Positions 1 through 9,263 of a stretch of DNA of 54,443 nucleotides are shown in pieces. The position numbers and the translations under genes were made by a program. Every line of letters begins with the position of its first letter. The first letter of the stretch is position 1. Origin of the DNA: an uncultured Candidatus Saccharibacteria bacterium (lineage in GTDB: Bacteria > Patescibacteriota > UBA1384 > 2-12-FULL-50-11 > DASWYB01); the NCBI GenBank assembly GCA_964372935.1, contig CAYJRF010000005.1:1-54443 (forward strand), written 5' to 3'. The notes below the pieces were generated by a model. That model made no database searches, was not told the DNA's origin, and worked only from the letters and a program-made list of their open reading frames with translations.

Positions 1-179
1 CAATCCGAAAGGGTCGCTTCCGCAGGCGGGCGGAAGGGGGGTTTGGGGGGAATTCCGCCCGCCCTACAAATTTTGGGCGAAATTGGTTCGAATTTTTTCG
101 AACACACACCGCCAGTTAGGAAATGGAGTCTTGGCTTGCCCGCCGTTTTTCGGGGAAATTTCAAGCCGTTTTGAGTGAA

Positions 180-850
180 GTCAAGGCCGGAAGCGGGCTT
201 CCCGAATTTTCATTTGGAAGAATAATTAGTAAAGTAATATAGATAATTAAGTTTTATGAACATGTTTAAGCCAGTCAAAGCAAAGTCTGTCAAAGAATAT
301 TTTGATATGCTTCCAAAAGAGAGGCGCGAGCCAATGGGATTTCTACACAAATTCATTCAGAAAACTGTACCCTCGCTCAAGCCGAATTTTATCTACAACA
401 TGCCAGGCTATGGAAGCTTCAAATGCCAAAATTATCAAAAGAAAGTGATTGACTGGCCGACTATTGCACTCGCAAGTCAAAAGAATTATATAAGCTTGTA
501 TGTCTGCGCTGTTGATAAGGGCGAGTATGTAGCTGAAAAATACAAACATGAACTCGGCAAAGTCAGTGTCGGCAAAAGTTGCATCCGCTTCAACAAGCTT
601 GATGACTTAAACTTTAAGACTTTGGAGAAAGTTATAAAGCTTGCTGCAAAATTTCCCGGATTGGAAGGAGACGGAGAACACCGCTAAAGAAAAACTTGAG
701 ATCGTCCTTTCCGCTCCGCCTGCCGCGCCTTGCCTGCTCGCCGAAATCGGTAGAGCGATAGGCGTGGCAATGGCCGATTTGATAAAATATGTGAGCGTGT
801 TACAATCAATAAAGGTCGAACCAAATAATTAACCAATTAAGACACAAAAC
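180..850. other. AT-rich island around the DUF1801-like gene, contrasting with GC-rich flanks
   Basis: Composition shift visible by eye from about 180 to about 850. No integrase or transposase seen. Confidence 0.4.
256..687 (+). CDS. DUF1801 (YdhG-like) domain protein
   Basis: 143-aa ORF. The pattern KEYFDMLP...YGSF...ISLYV...CIRFNKLDDL resembles small DUF1801 proteins (recall-based). Confidence 0.55.
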   Translation: MNMFKPVKAKSVKEYFDMLPKERREPMGFLHKFIQKTVPSLKPNFIYNMPGYGSFKCQNYQKKVIDWPTIALASQKNYISLYVCAVDKGEYVAEKYKHELGKVSVGKSCIRFNKLDDLNFKTLEKVIKLAAKFPGLEGDGEHR

Positions 851-854
851 GATT

Positions 855-1229
855 ATGACGAACAAAACAATCATTATCGGAGTCGTTGCCGTTCTTGTTA
901 TAGTTGGGGGAGTGTTCTTGATATTTAAGAGCCAGGCGCCAAAAGTCGTGGATGTGAGTGCGCTCATCGGCGACGAAAGCGGGCTGGCGGCCTTCGATGC
1001 CGATCTTGCTTCGTTTGCCGGCGATGAAGTCATTTTGAGCGAGCTTGATCAAACGCTGAACGATGTGGCCGAAACAACTGGTGCCATAAGCGCCACCGAA
1101 TCCATTGACGGCGCTGCAATCAGTCAAGAAGGGAGTCAGGTCGATCTCTCCAAAGATTTGGCTGGTTTGACAAGTGACGACACTATTCTGTCGGAGCTTG
1201 ACCAAGCGTTTGGTGAAGTCACGCGGTAG
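855..1229 (+). CDS. N-terminally membrane-anchored acidic protein with an internal duplicated motif
   Basis: TM helix IIIGVVAVLVIVGGVFLIF, then two copies of a ...(D)xxILSELDQxxxxV... unit. No family recognised. Confidence 0.5.
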   Translation: MTNKTIIIGVVAVLVIVGGVFLIFKSQAPKVVDVSALIGDESGLAAFDADLASFAGDEVILSELDQTLNDVAETTGAISATESIDGAAISQEGSQVDLSKDLAGLTSDDTILSELDQAFGEVTR

Positions 1230-1252
1230 CCCCAAATCACAATCCTAATCCT

Positions 1253-2035
1253 ATGAAAAAACTATCACTGCTACTCGTTCCCGTAGTCGTCTCCGTGGCG
1301 CTTGCGGGAATGCCATCGGTCGGCATGGCACAAACTACTGATGCCGACCTTCAGAATGCTCTTACCCAGCTTCGTCAGTCGCGGCAAGACTTTAAGGACA
1401 GCAAAGCTCAAGAAGTCAACGCGGCGTCTGAAGAAGCCGGTGCTAAAGGTTCAGCCGCGCGGCAAACCGCCCAGCAGAAACGCGCGGATGCCCAGAAACG
1501 GATGGAAGAAAAACGCCAAGAGGTGCTGGTGCGACTCGTGGATATCCAAATCAAATGGCTTAACCGCACCAAAGAGCGAGTGCAAAAGATGCCGAATATC
1601 ACCAATGACCTGAAGTCACAGCTGGCAACAGAAGTTGACGCATCCATCCAGACACTGAATGACGAAAAAGCGAAAATTCAGAGTGCGTCGGGACAAGAGG
1701 CGCTAAAATCTCTTGCTAAGGAAGTTCGCGACCTCTTTAAGTCCAAAAAAGAGATCGTTAAAAAAATTGTTGACGCCATTCTTGCTTCTCGCGCTAATGC
1801 CGCCGCCGCCAAAGCCGAAGATCGAGCCGCGGCAATTAAGGCCAAAGTTGAAGAATTAAAATCTGCCGGCAAAGATACGAGCGAGCTTGACGCTGACCTT
1901 GCTGACGCCGAGAATAAAATCAACGATGCCCAGACAAAAGTGGGGCGAGGGGCATTCAGAGAAGCGAATGAGGACTTGAAAGGCGCCTATCAGAAATATC
2001 GAGGCATTGCTGACAAAGCCACAGGTCTACAGTAG
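1253..2035 (+). CDS. Secreted Ala/Lys/Glu-rich coiled-coil protein
   Basis: Signal peptide MKKLSLLLVPVVVSVALAGMPSVGMA followed by about 230 aa of helical low-complexity sequence. A hairpin follows the stop. Confidence 0.6.
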   Translation: MKKLSLLLVPVVVSVALAGMPSVGMAQTTDADLQNALTQLRQSRQDFKDSKAQEVNAASEEAGAKGSAARQTAQQKRADAQKRMEEKRQEVLVRLVDIQIKWLNRTKERVQKMPNITNDLKSQLATEVDASIQTLNDEKAKIQSASGQEALKSLAKEVRDLFKSKKEIVKKIVDAILASRANAAAAKAEDRAAAIKAKVEELKSAGKDTSELDADLADAENKINDAQTKVGRGAFREANEDLKGAYQKYRGIADKATGLQ

Positions 2036-2045
2036 ATGATATTTT

Positions 2046-2073
2046 GATTACATCAGTTTCAACTGGTGTAATC
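2046..2073 (+). terminator. Hairpin after the coiled-coil gene (12-bp stem with one G-U pair, loop TTCA)
   Basis: gattacatcagt/ttca/actggtgtaatc lies 11 nt after the TAG at 2033-2035. The downstream tract is only moderately T-rich. Confidence 0.35.
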
Positions 2074-2313
2074 TATAATGTCTTTCTAATAAGCGGAGTG
2101 GCTGGGCGGGGTTTACGTTTTTCGAGATGCTTGTTGACGTGTTACACCCCGAGTCGCTGCCTTTCAGTCGGCGCTATGCCGGTCTTGGCCTATCAACTCT
2201 TGAACTGGTCCAGATGGTTTCTTTAATAGTTTTGCTCTTTAAAAGTTGGCCGACGGCGATAGAGCGTTGCAAAATAGGGTCTGATGGCCTAAAGTAGCAT
2301 TTAATAGGGGGTG

Positions 2314-2454
2314 ATGACCATGCGGAGGAATGGGAAGATTAGTCGACCGGGAAGCTGTCGTCAGAGCTCGCGCGAGGAGCGATTTCTATGGCTTGTGGTT
2401 GGTTTTCTGCTCGTCGGCACGTTCCTCGCGGGGTGGCTGACGAGGAATTTCTAG
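2314..2454 (+). CDS. Small (46 aa) single-TM protein, not in the ORF track
   Basis: MTMRRNGKISRPGSCRQSSREERFLWLVVGFLLVGTFLAGWLTRNF. A GGGGGTG purine stretch lies just upstream and a hairpin plus T-run lies just downstream. Confidence 0.3.
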   Translation: MTMRRNGKISRPGSCRQSSREERFLWLVVGFLLVGTFLAGWLTRNF

Positions 2455-2463
2455 CGGGCACTG

Positions 2464-2501
2464 CAGGCGTCGGTGATCCGACGCCTGTCTCGTGTTTTTT
2501 T
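2464..2501 (+). terminator. Rho-independent terminator-like element
   Basis: 10-bp GC-rich stem caggcgtcgg/ccgacgcctg with loop tgat, then a T7 run at 2495-2501. Confidence 0.5.
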
Positions 2502-2511
2502 CGCCGGCGTA

Positions 2512-3492
2512 TTATTTGAGAAAACGTCGAATCTTCGTCTGGGCTCGACGGGTGTCGCGCCACTCGGCGAAAGTTGTTTGCTCGGCGCCGGTTCGTTCGG
2601 TTAGAAATATTAAATGATAGCCATATTGGGTTTTGACCGGTCCGGAGATTTGCCCGGGTTGGAGTTCAAAGAACACCTTTGCCAGCTCGGGGGTGAGTTT
2701 TTCGGCCCGGGCCCGATCAAAAAAGCCCAGATCACCGCCGGTGTCTCGGGTGGTTTTATCGTCGCTATAGAGCTTGGCCTTGTCGTTAAAGTTGGAGTTG
2801 TCTAGTTCGCCGCGGACTTTGAGAGCCTGTTGTTCACTCGAGAGCAAAATATGCTTGACGTGAACTCTCTCGATAACCAGTATCTCGATTTTCTCTTGAT
2901 ACAGAACGTCGGGAATCAGGCGTTTAAATTCGGTATCGGTCAAACTGTAAAGCTGCGACAAGACGGTTCGGACTTCAGCTTCGCTCCCCTTGTCTTGGAT
3001 AATCTTTTGATACGCGGCGTCAATGTCTTGATTGGTCACAAAAATCCCGTGTTTGTTGGCCCATTGTCGCACCACGGCCTCGTCGATTAATTTGTCAATA
3101 ATTTGTTTGCGCATGGCGTCGTCGGGCGGAAGCGGCTGTTGGGTTTGTTGGCTGTAGTAGCGCAGATAGGTTAATCGGTCAAAATACGGCTTGAGGAGGA
3201 TCACGTCTCCTCCAACCGTGGCGACGGGAAACGGATATATGTTTGCGGCGATCGCCAGGGCGACGCCGCCGGAACGTCGGATATAAACCAGATAACCCAA
3301 TGCCGGCAAACCGACGACAAAGTAAATTACGAGAATAAAAACGACAAAAAACGCCAGCGCGCGTCGAAAGCTCAGCACGGTATGACGAGCGACAAAACGT
3401 CGCTGAAACGCCCAATATTTAATCCAGGCAATCTGCAAATCAGTGACCCGCTGGGTCAAAAATCGCCACACTAACGTCAGCATTGACTTCAT
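2512..3492 (-). CDS. Membrane-anchored parvulin-type peptidyl-prolyl isomerase (PpiC/PrsA/SurA-like)
   Basis: N-terminal TM helix. C-terminal rotamase motifs HVKHILL...GGDLGFF...GPVKTQYGYHLIFL. Confidence 0.8.
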   Translation of the reverse strand: MKSMLTLVWRFLTQRVTDLQIAWIKYWAFQRRFVARHTVLSFRRALAFFVVFILVIYFVVGLPALGYLVYIRRSGGVALAIAANIYPFPVATVGGDVILLKPYFDRLTYLRYYSQQTQQPLPPDDAMRKQIIDKLIDEAVVRQWANKHGIFVTNQDIDAAYQKIIQDKGSEAEVRTVLSQLYSLTDTEFKRLIPDVLYQEKIEILVIERVHVKHILLSSEQQALKVRGELDNSNFNDKAKLYSDDKTTRDTGGDLGFFDRARAEKLTPELAKVFFELQPGQISGPVKTQYGYHLIFLTERTGAEQTTFAEWRDTRRAQTKIRRFLK

Positions 3493-3528
3493 TGTAACAC
3501 GGATAGCGTTCCAAATCTCACATTTGGT

Positions 3529-4125
3529 CTACACACCGACTTTGGGCGATCCGATAACGATGACGATTATCAGGACGATTACCAGTATCATGATGCTCCA
3601 AAACTGACGCCAGCCTAAAACTGAATCGGCCGAGAAGCAAGCAAAACGCCAAAATACGTAGCTAAAAACCGTTGGCATATACGCCGCGAGCTCAAAACGA
3701 AACGGCCATTCGCGGGCCATGCTGGCGAAAATGACTAATATTTGGGCAATCATAAACCCGCTAATGACGGAATAGGCCGTGTGATGCTCCCGTTTAAGAT
3801 GGGTGGCATAATGAAGGAGAATCCACATGATACTGCTGGCGATGCCGAAAGTAATTAAAAACAGCAGAGCGATCGGTAAATTGCGATTGTAGTTAAACAA
3901 TAGGCCGTGGTGGGCGGTAAAAAAGAGCAGGGCGAAAATCAGGGGCAAAGAGTCGCGCCGAACCAAGGCCACGAACCCAAGATAAAAACCGCCAAAAAGC
4001 ATCGCCACCCAGACCGCGGGAACCGCCACGCTCTGGCCATAGATGATCAGCTCTGCCAGAACGACGGCGAAAATGGCGAGCGTGGCGGGGATTGGCAGTC
4101 TGGGGGTGACGAATTGCTTATCCAT
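3529..4125 (-). CDS. Polytopic membrane protein, unknown function
   Basis: 198 aa with about 6 hydrophobic helices. No family recognised. Confidence 0.5.
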   Translation of the reverse strand: MDKQFVTPRLPIPATLAIFAVVLAELIIYGQSVAVPAVWVAMLFGGFYLGFVALVRRDSLPLIFALLFFTAHHGLLFNYNRNLPIALLFLITFGIASSIMWILLHYATHLKREHHTAYSVISGFMIAQILVIFASMAREWPFRFELAAYMPTVFSYVFWRFACFSADSVLGWRQFWSIMILVIVLIIVIVIGSPKVGV

Positions 4126-4294
4126 AGATGTTGACTGTTCAAACGGCCATGGTGGTTCCGGACGATTCTGTGCCGTGGAAGACAGCGCGCCTCTTTCAAA
4201 AGTCAGCTGTCGGCGTGGGCGTACCGTCCCGGACGGCTTGTTATGTTCTACTCTTCCGTGGGCGATGAATCAAGCGACGGCCAAATTTTGCCAG

Positions 4295-5674
4295 TCACCA
4301 GGGCGTGGAATTGACAACGCCGGCCCGAAGTTTATCGGGATCGGCGCGGGTAATGTTCGCCCCCACGACAAGGAGAAAATCGTTCGTGGCCGACACCGTA
4401 ACTTTGGCGGGAGCATAAACTTGTTGAAGATAGTTCAAGCTTTTCGGCTTGGAGTCGTCACTGGACGCGTAAAGAGTCGTTATCTTAACATCACTCGACG
4501 GGTTGTCGCTCACAGTAACCTTGAACCCGGCCCATCCCAATTCGGTGGCGACGCGGCTAACTTGTTCCGGAGTGCCAGTCCCGCGCTTGACCGTGATGGC
4601 TGGGGCTTCGGCCAGTCGTGGCGGGGCTGAAAAGTAAGCTCGGGTAAAAAAACGAATTTCGCTAAAATCGTTTGGTCCAGCTTTGGGAATGACAATCGAG
4701 GAGGCGCCGTTGGCCGACCGACCGGCCGTAACCAGACCTTTGTCGCCGTTATCGAGGACATAGGTATTAACGGTGGGTCGATTGAACGACGCGGCGATTC
4801 GGGCAATCTGGTCAAATTCCGAGGGAGAAAAGTCGGTAAGAATATTTTTCCCGAGGGTGGTGATGATGTCGGTGGTTTTTTTGGGGTTAGACAGGACGTT
4901 GGCGGAAAGCATTTTATCTTTAATGGCGACAATGACCTGCTGTTGGCGCTTGGCGCGATCAAAGTCCGAGGTTGTCTCGCGGGATCGGACATATTTGAGC
5001 GCGGTGGTGCCGTTCAGGGTATGGGTGCCGGCCGAAATAGAAAATGGCTCGAAGCCTTTCATCTCGGCGTCGGGAAAACGCGGATCAAAGATCGCGCGAT
5101 CAACATTCACAGTGACTCCATCAAGAGTGTCTATGATTTTATGGAACCCGCTAAAGTCCACTCGCACAAAATAGCTAATCGGCACGCCAAGCAACTGACT
5201 GACAACTTGTTTGGATAAGGCTGGTCCGCCGCCGCGGCTCTTCAGTTGGGTTTCGCCGATCGCGTGGGCGGTGTTTATTTTATCTTTTCCGAACTCGCCG
5301 ATTGTTACATACAGATCACGCGGGATCGAAAGCAGGGAGATGGTCTTGGATTTAACATCAACCGACGCGACAATCAGAGTGTCGGCTAAATTGCCCCCCG
5401 GATGATTGGCGCCGCCAATGCCGATGAGAAGAATATTGATCGGCTCACCGGCCACGCCATCTCTTTTCTCCAAGAGCGATGGCAGCTGACTATAGTTTTT
5501 AGTCGTGGAGTTTTTAATGGCCAGCATAATCGCCGCGCCGTACCAGCCGATTACCGCCGCTACCAGGAGGACGATTAACCAAAGCCAAGAAAATTTTTTT
5601 CGGCGGAACCGATCGAGATTACCTTGACCCCTACCAGACTTGTCCGACGAGGCTAAACGAGTAAGAAATTTCAC
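4295..5674 (-). CDS. LytR-CpsA-Psr (LCP) family cell-envelope polymer transferase with a LytR_C-like tail
   Basis: N-terminal TM helix, then INILLIGIGG...DTLIVASVD...SLLSIPRDLYV, typical of LCP domains. Confidence 0.85.
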   Translation of the reverse strand: MKFLTRLASSDKSGRGQGNLDRFRRKKFSWLWLIVLLVAAVIGWYGAAIMLAIKNSTTKNYSQLPSLLEKRDGVAGEPINILLIGIGGANHPGGNLADTLIVASVDVKSKTISLLSIPRDLYVTIGEFGKDKINTAHAIGETQLKSRGGGPALSKQVVSQLLGVPISYFVRVDFSGFHKIIDTLDGVTVNVDRAIFDPRFPDAEMKGFEPFSISAGTHTLNGTTALKYVRSRETTSDFDRAKRQQQVIVAIKDKMLSANVLSNPKKTTDIITTLGKNILTDFSPSEFDQIARIAASFNRPTVNTYVLDNGDKGLVTAGRSANGASSIVIPKAGPNDFSEIRFFTRAYFSAPPRLAEAPAITVKRGTGTPEQVSRVATELGWAGFKVTVSDNPSSDVKITTLYASSDDSKPKSLNYLQQVYAPAKVTVSATNDFLLVVGANITRADPDKLRAGVVNSTPW

Positions 5675-5785
5675 GGTAGCTCTAGCTTAGCTGATTTACG
5701 CTCCCCTGCCTAGCATTCCACGCGGCGGTTTGGCCAAGTGTTTGTCGCGCGCCTTGGCTCGGTCCCAGACAAAAGTCGGAGGAAA

Positions 5786-6169
5786 TTATGGCGATAAGGT
5801 TGTTGGGTACTTTGGTTCGATGGGACAGTTGGTTCGCGCCGTGGTGATTAATTTTGGCAAGTCATCCGGTAGGCGCGCATCCGATTCCCAGGCAAAAATC
5901 GGCCAACGTAACGCCCAAGCCAAAGCATTAGCCGTGGCGATGGTCGCTCGCAGTCGAGTATAGTGGTCGGGTCCTCTCATCGCCCCAATGTGGGTAATTT
6001 GCTCTATGGGATACCGCGCGTCTTCTAGCAGGTTGGCGATTGCTCCGATTAAACTGCGGTGTTCCTTCTCGGTTCCGAAGGGGCGCGACGATACCTCTGG
6101 TTGATAATCTGGCCGCCAAAGACTAACTTTGGCTTGGCTGGCATCGAGCAGCAAAACGGCAATCTTCAT
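5786..6169 (-). CDS. tsaB: TsaB/YeaZ-like protein, N-terminal half only (127 aa)
   Basis: MKIAVLLLDAS...IGAMRGPDHYTRLRATIATANALAWAL resembles the TsaB 'GPGSFTGLRIG' region in degenerate form. ATGA overlap with the tsaE stop. Confidence 0.5.
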   Translation of the reverse strand: MKIAVLLLDASQAKVSLWRPDYQPEVSSRPFGTEKEHRSLIGAIANLLEDARYPIEQITHIGAMRGPDHYTRLRATIATANALAWALRWPIFAWESDARLPDDLPKLITTARTNCPIEPKYPTTLSP

Positions 6170-6639
6170 TCCGTCTCCGCCGCTTGGCGTAAGTTTCGCC
6201 AGAAATTTTCATCTTTCGAGCGCAATGTCGCGACACGGTGCGACTTGGTTGGGGTAAGATGGAGCCAGACAGTGTTGGCGGGAAAAATGCTTGGGGCGCG
6301 ATCCGCCCACTCAACCAGAGTCGTGGCTTGCGGGCTGGCGAACTGATCGGCCAGACCCAACCGGTCGATCTCGGTGACGCTGTTCAATCGGTAAAGGTCA
6401 GCGTGATAAAGCATTCGCCCGTCAGGCCGGCAGTATTCATTGATTAAAGTAAAAGTCGGGCTGGGAATGACGCCAGTCAGTCCGAACGACCGTGCTAATT
6501 GTTGAGCCAAAGCGGTTTTACCGGCGCCTAACTCGCCTATCAGGGCAATCACACCTCCGCTGGTTAACGCTCGCGCCATCAACTGCGCCAATCGCGCCGT
6601 AGCTTCAAGATCGTAGAGGATATAGTAAGCTTGAAACAT
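6166..6639 (-). CDS. tsaE: tRNA t6A biosynthesis ATPase TsaE (YjeE)
   Basis: Walker A GELGAGKT, SPTFTLINEY and LYHADLYRL. Start moved to the ATG at 6639, 7 nt after the upstream stop. Confidence 0.85.
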   Translation of the reverse strand: MFQAYYILYDLEATARLAQLMARALTSGGVIALIGELGAGKTALAQQLARSFGLTGVIPSPTFTLINEYCRPDGRMLYHADLYRLNSVTEIDRLGLADQFASPQATTLVEWADRAPSIFPANTVWLHLTPTKSHRVATLRSKDENFWRNLRQAAETE

Positions 6640-6646
6640 ATTTATA

Positions 6647-8512
6647 TTATACGGATTTTTTGATTCGGTAAGGTATCGCCAGAATTGATCCAAAGGTAAT
6701 CAAGATGCGCCATAGCCACGGCCGCCAGCCGGTCGCGCCCCGAGGTAGCGTAGCCGGCCCAGGGCCAGCGGCCTGCGCTTGCGGAATTGGTTCGAATCGC
6801 TGTTGGGTTGCTTCCGTGGTGGCGGGGGGCGAAGAGGCGGCTCGGCTGGCGACTGAACGGCTGGCGTCGTCAGGGCCTGGGCTGGTTGTTGCTCTCGGAG
6901 TAATCAGTTCAAAAGTGTCTCCGGCTCGGACGCTTAAATATGTTCCGCGGCTCGATTGTCGCCATTCCCCGCTGGCTCTGACCCGGTCGCCGCGCCGTAG
7001 AGCGGGCTTGGGGAGGCGGTATGACGAGTGGAGGACAATTCTAATTGGCTCGCCGGTGTCAGTGGAAATATCAATGGTTCTGCCGCTTGGCAAAACAACA
7101 GTGCCCGACAAGTCCGTTGCCCGATGGAGTGGCGCGGGAGACGGGCTGGAAGACTGGGAAAGCAATGCTGGAGGAGTGGTATCAGGCCAAAAGATACCGT
7201 CGCGAGTCCACGTTACGCCCTCCGGGGACGGTGGAATAGTGGCCGTATCGACGATATTTCCAGCCGAGTCGTATAAATCGTAGCTGCCGCCGGTGTTGAG
7301 TAAAAAATTACTGGCGCGAAACTCATGGGTCTCGCCGGGGGAAATTGTGCCGGTTAAATCGTAACTTATGGGACGATCCCGACGGCGCAATTGCCAGCTA
7401 TCGAGAATCGCCGGCACGTCATGATTGTTTTTGAGAGTGATGACTTCACTTTTCGTATCAACGCCAACCGGATTGGGTAAGAGCGATAGTATAACGACCT
7501 TGTTATACGTTTGGATATTAAGTATACGAGTGGCGATGTTAGCCTGATCGTCCAAACGTAAGTCAATACGGTATGTTCCGGACCGCTTAAATGACGGACG
7601 GAATGTCTGATCAGTCGACTCGGCAGGCTGGTTATCGACTGACCAATGATAACTGCCGCGATAATTTACGTCTGTCGCCGCTTTAAGCGTTAAGGGTTGT
7701 CCAGCGTAACCGCTATCCGGCCCGATGATTTGAGGTATTGCCGGTAACCCCGACCTAAAGTTGAGTGTGGCGAGGTGAACACCGTTGCCGATCTGGGTAA
7801 ATACCTCGCTATAGTCGGGCTCGGCGCGGCCAAAACGATAATAAGCCACATTGACAGTCTGTTCGGCGGTGCGGGTATTGGCCTGGCCGTTAAAAATCGG
7901 CACAATATGTTTAAGCGTGTTATCGTTGACAATGAAATATCCCTCTTGGTTTAATTGCCCTAGCTCATTATATGAGCGCATACTAAGGTCGTATAACGGA
8001 ACATTCGCTCCCGGTTGATATGATTGTAAAATACGACGATTTGTGGTTGATCCGACTTGCCTTCTCAACAGGTACAAAAATTTTTTCTGCCCTCCCGAAG
8101 ATACGCGGCCGATAATATGGCCGACGACTTGGCCGTTCGGACTGACGGAAATTATTGGCATATTGTTCCACTCATCGTGTTGGGCGAGCCACTTGTCACC
8201 ATTCCAGGTCTCTCCTTGGCAATTAAGGTTAGTGACATTCGTTTCATTGTCGAGGGGCAAATCGATGTCAGAGAAACATATTTTGACGCGAATATCTTGC
8301 GATATGTTTGGCGGACTTCCAAACGTAGTATCCAAGGGAATTAGGAACGGTTCATTGAGGCGAAGTGCCAGGAGAGTTCGGGCTTCAATCGCGGCGTGAG
8401 TTGGCATAGGGGCGGCGACGGCCAACAGCAAGCCACCAAGATAGCCCGCGGTGGCGATCGAGGGCCGCAATCTATGAATCGGGATCGTCAATAATGATGT
8501 CCAAGCCATCAC
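6647..8512 (-). CDS. Tail-anchored surface protein with PKD-like, lamin-tail (LTD) and OB-fold-like domains
   Basis: Signal peptide ...GGLLLAVAAPMPTHA. PKD-like GPDSGYAGQPLTLKA...YHWSV...GTYRIDL. LTD-like LLPNPVGVDTKSEVITLKNN...LDSWQL. OB-like LSGTVVLPSG...GDRVRASGEW. C-terminal TM helix WLWRILITFGSILAIPY. Confidence 0.6.
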   Translation of the reverse strand: MMAWTSLLTIPIHRLRPSIATAGYLGGLLLAVAAPMPTHAAIEARTLLALRLNEPFLIPLDTTFGSPPNISQDIRVKICFSDIDLPLDNETNVTNLNCQGETWNGDKWLAQHDEWNNMPIISVSPNGQVVGHIIGRVSSGGQKKFLYLLRRQVGSTTNRRILQSYQPGANVPLYDLSMRSYNELGQLNQEGYFIVNDNTLKHIVPIFNGQANTRTAEQTVNVAYYRFGRAEPDYSEVFTQIGNGVHLATLNFRSGLPAIPQIIGPDSGYAGQPLTLKAATDVNYRGSYHWSVDNQPAESTDQTFRPSFKRSGTYRIDLRLDDQANIATRILNIQTYNKVVILSLLPNPVGVDTKSEVITLKNNHDVPAILDSWQLRRRDRPISYDLTGTISPGETHEFRASNFLLNTGGSYDLYDSAGNIVDTATIPPSPEGVTWTRDGIFWPDTTPPALLSQSSSPSPAPLHRATDLSGTVVLPSGRTIDISTDTGEPIRIVLHSSYRLPKPALRRGDRVRASGEWRQSSRGTYLSVRAGDTFELITPRATTSPGPDDASRSVASRAASSPPATTEATQQRFEPIPQAQAAGPGPATLPRGATGWRPWLWRILITFGSILAIPYRIKKSV

Positions 8513-9263
8513 TGTCGTTGTTTTCGGTTGTACTCACAGATCGAGAGGGGGGATTGTTGTCCGCGGGCGCGGTGAGATCGGGCGGTTGGCTCGCCCCCGA
8601 GTGGGGATTTCTGGTGGGGTCGCTTGGCACAACAGCGCCCATTTGACGGAGGGGCGTCATTGAGTTATAAAGACGACCGTTGATCACCCCCTTAACTTTC
8701 CCCCGTGGAGTCAGATGAGAATCGTCCGTTTCAAGACGTTTTTTTGCCTGATCGGACAGATCGAGAATAATCGTGCTGATTTCTCGTGGATGCAGAACGC
8801 TGTTGAACACGAATTTTTCTCTTGCCGCGGCCGTTTCAATGATGACCATGCCATAGTCGAAAAGCGAGCTGAAAATTCCCTGATTTTTTGTCGTAACGTC
8901 TTGGACTTCCTCTAAGGCGAGCTCATTGATCTCGCGGTGAAAGAGAGATATTTGATCAATGTCCACCAAGCGTCGATCGGTTACTAGGTAGATGTCGTAA
9001 TAATAATTAATAAACGCCACGGTGAGAAATGAAACGATAAGGAGTAAATAGGCGCTCGTAATCATCACCAAAATGTCGTGTCCAGTCGGATCGGCCAAAA
9101 TGCCGGGGAAGACGGAGAGAGTGAAGACGAAGAAAATTATGCCGATGATTAAAAGGCCAAGAATAATCACAAACCACGGCAAGAAAGCAAGATAGTACGG
9201 CCGAACAAAAACATATACCGATTCGTCGCTCTGTTCGTTGGGAAAAACCTTCCGGAAGTTCAT
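8472..9263 (-). CDS. Membrane protein with a bacterial PH (bPH_2/YdbT-like) domain
   Basis: Two TM helices, then YLVTDRRLVDIDQ...EEVQDVT...VIIETA. Start at 9263 forms an ATGA overlap with the upstream small ORF. Confidence 0.6.
   Translation of the reverse strand: MNFRKVFPNEQSDESVYVFVRPYYLAFLPWFVIILGLLIIGIIFFVFTLSVFPGILADPTGHDILVMITSAYLLLIVSFLTVAFINYYYDIYLVTDRRLVDIDQISLFHREINELALEEVQDVTTKNQGIFSSLFDYGMVIIETAAAREKFVFNSVLHPREISTIILDLSDQAKKRLETDDSHLTPRGKVKGVINGRLYNSMTPLRQMGAVVPSDPTRNPHSGASQPPDLTAPADNNPPSRSVSTTENNDSDGLDIIIDDPDS

Noticed and set aside
25-103. 11-bp inverted repeat (ggcgggcggaa / ttccgcccgcc) with a G6-T3-G6 loop, plus a gttcgaa/ttcgaac hairpin at 86-103; possible G-quadruplex or regulatory RNA
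   Set aside because: Only two G-runs are present, too few for an intramolecular G4. These are most simply terminator-like hairpins for a gene upstream of the window edge, and the context is truncated.
641-832. 63-aa ORF after the DUF1801 gene, and the 60-aa ORF at 2044..2226
   Set aside because: There are no SDs. The first overlaps the DUF1801 gene end, and the second starts inside a terminator-like hairpin. Their compositions are not protein-like.
4043-4992. Long antisense or alternative-frame ORFs inside conserved genes (such as 4043..4630, 4510..4992, 6705..7283, 28333..28857, 40627..41253, 43824..44345)
   Set aside because: They fully overlap genes with strong family motifs. Their products are Arg/Gly/Pro-rich low-complexity sequences typical of open antisense frames in GC-rich DNA.
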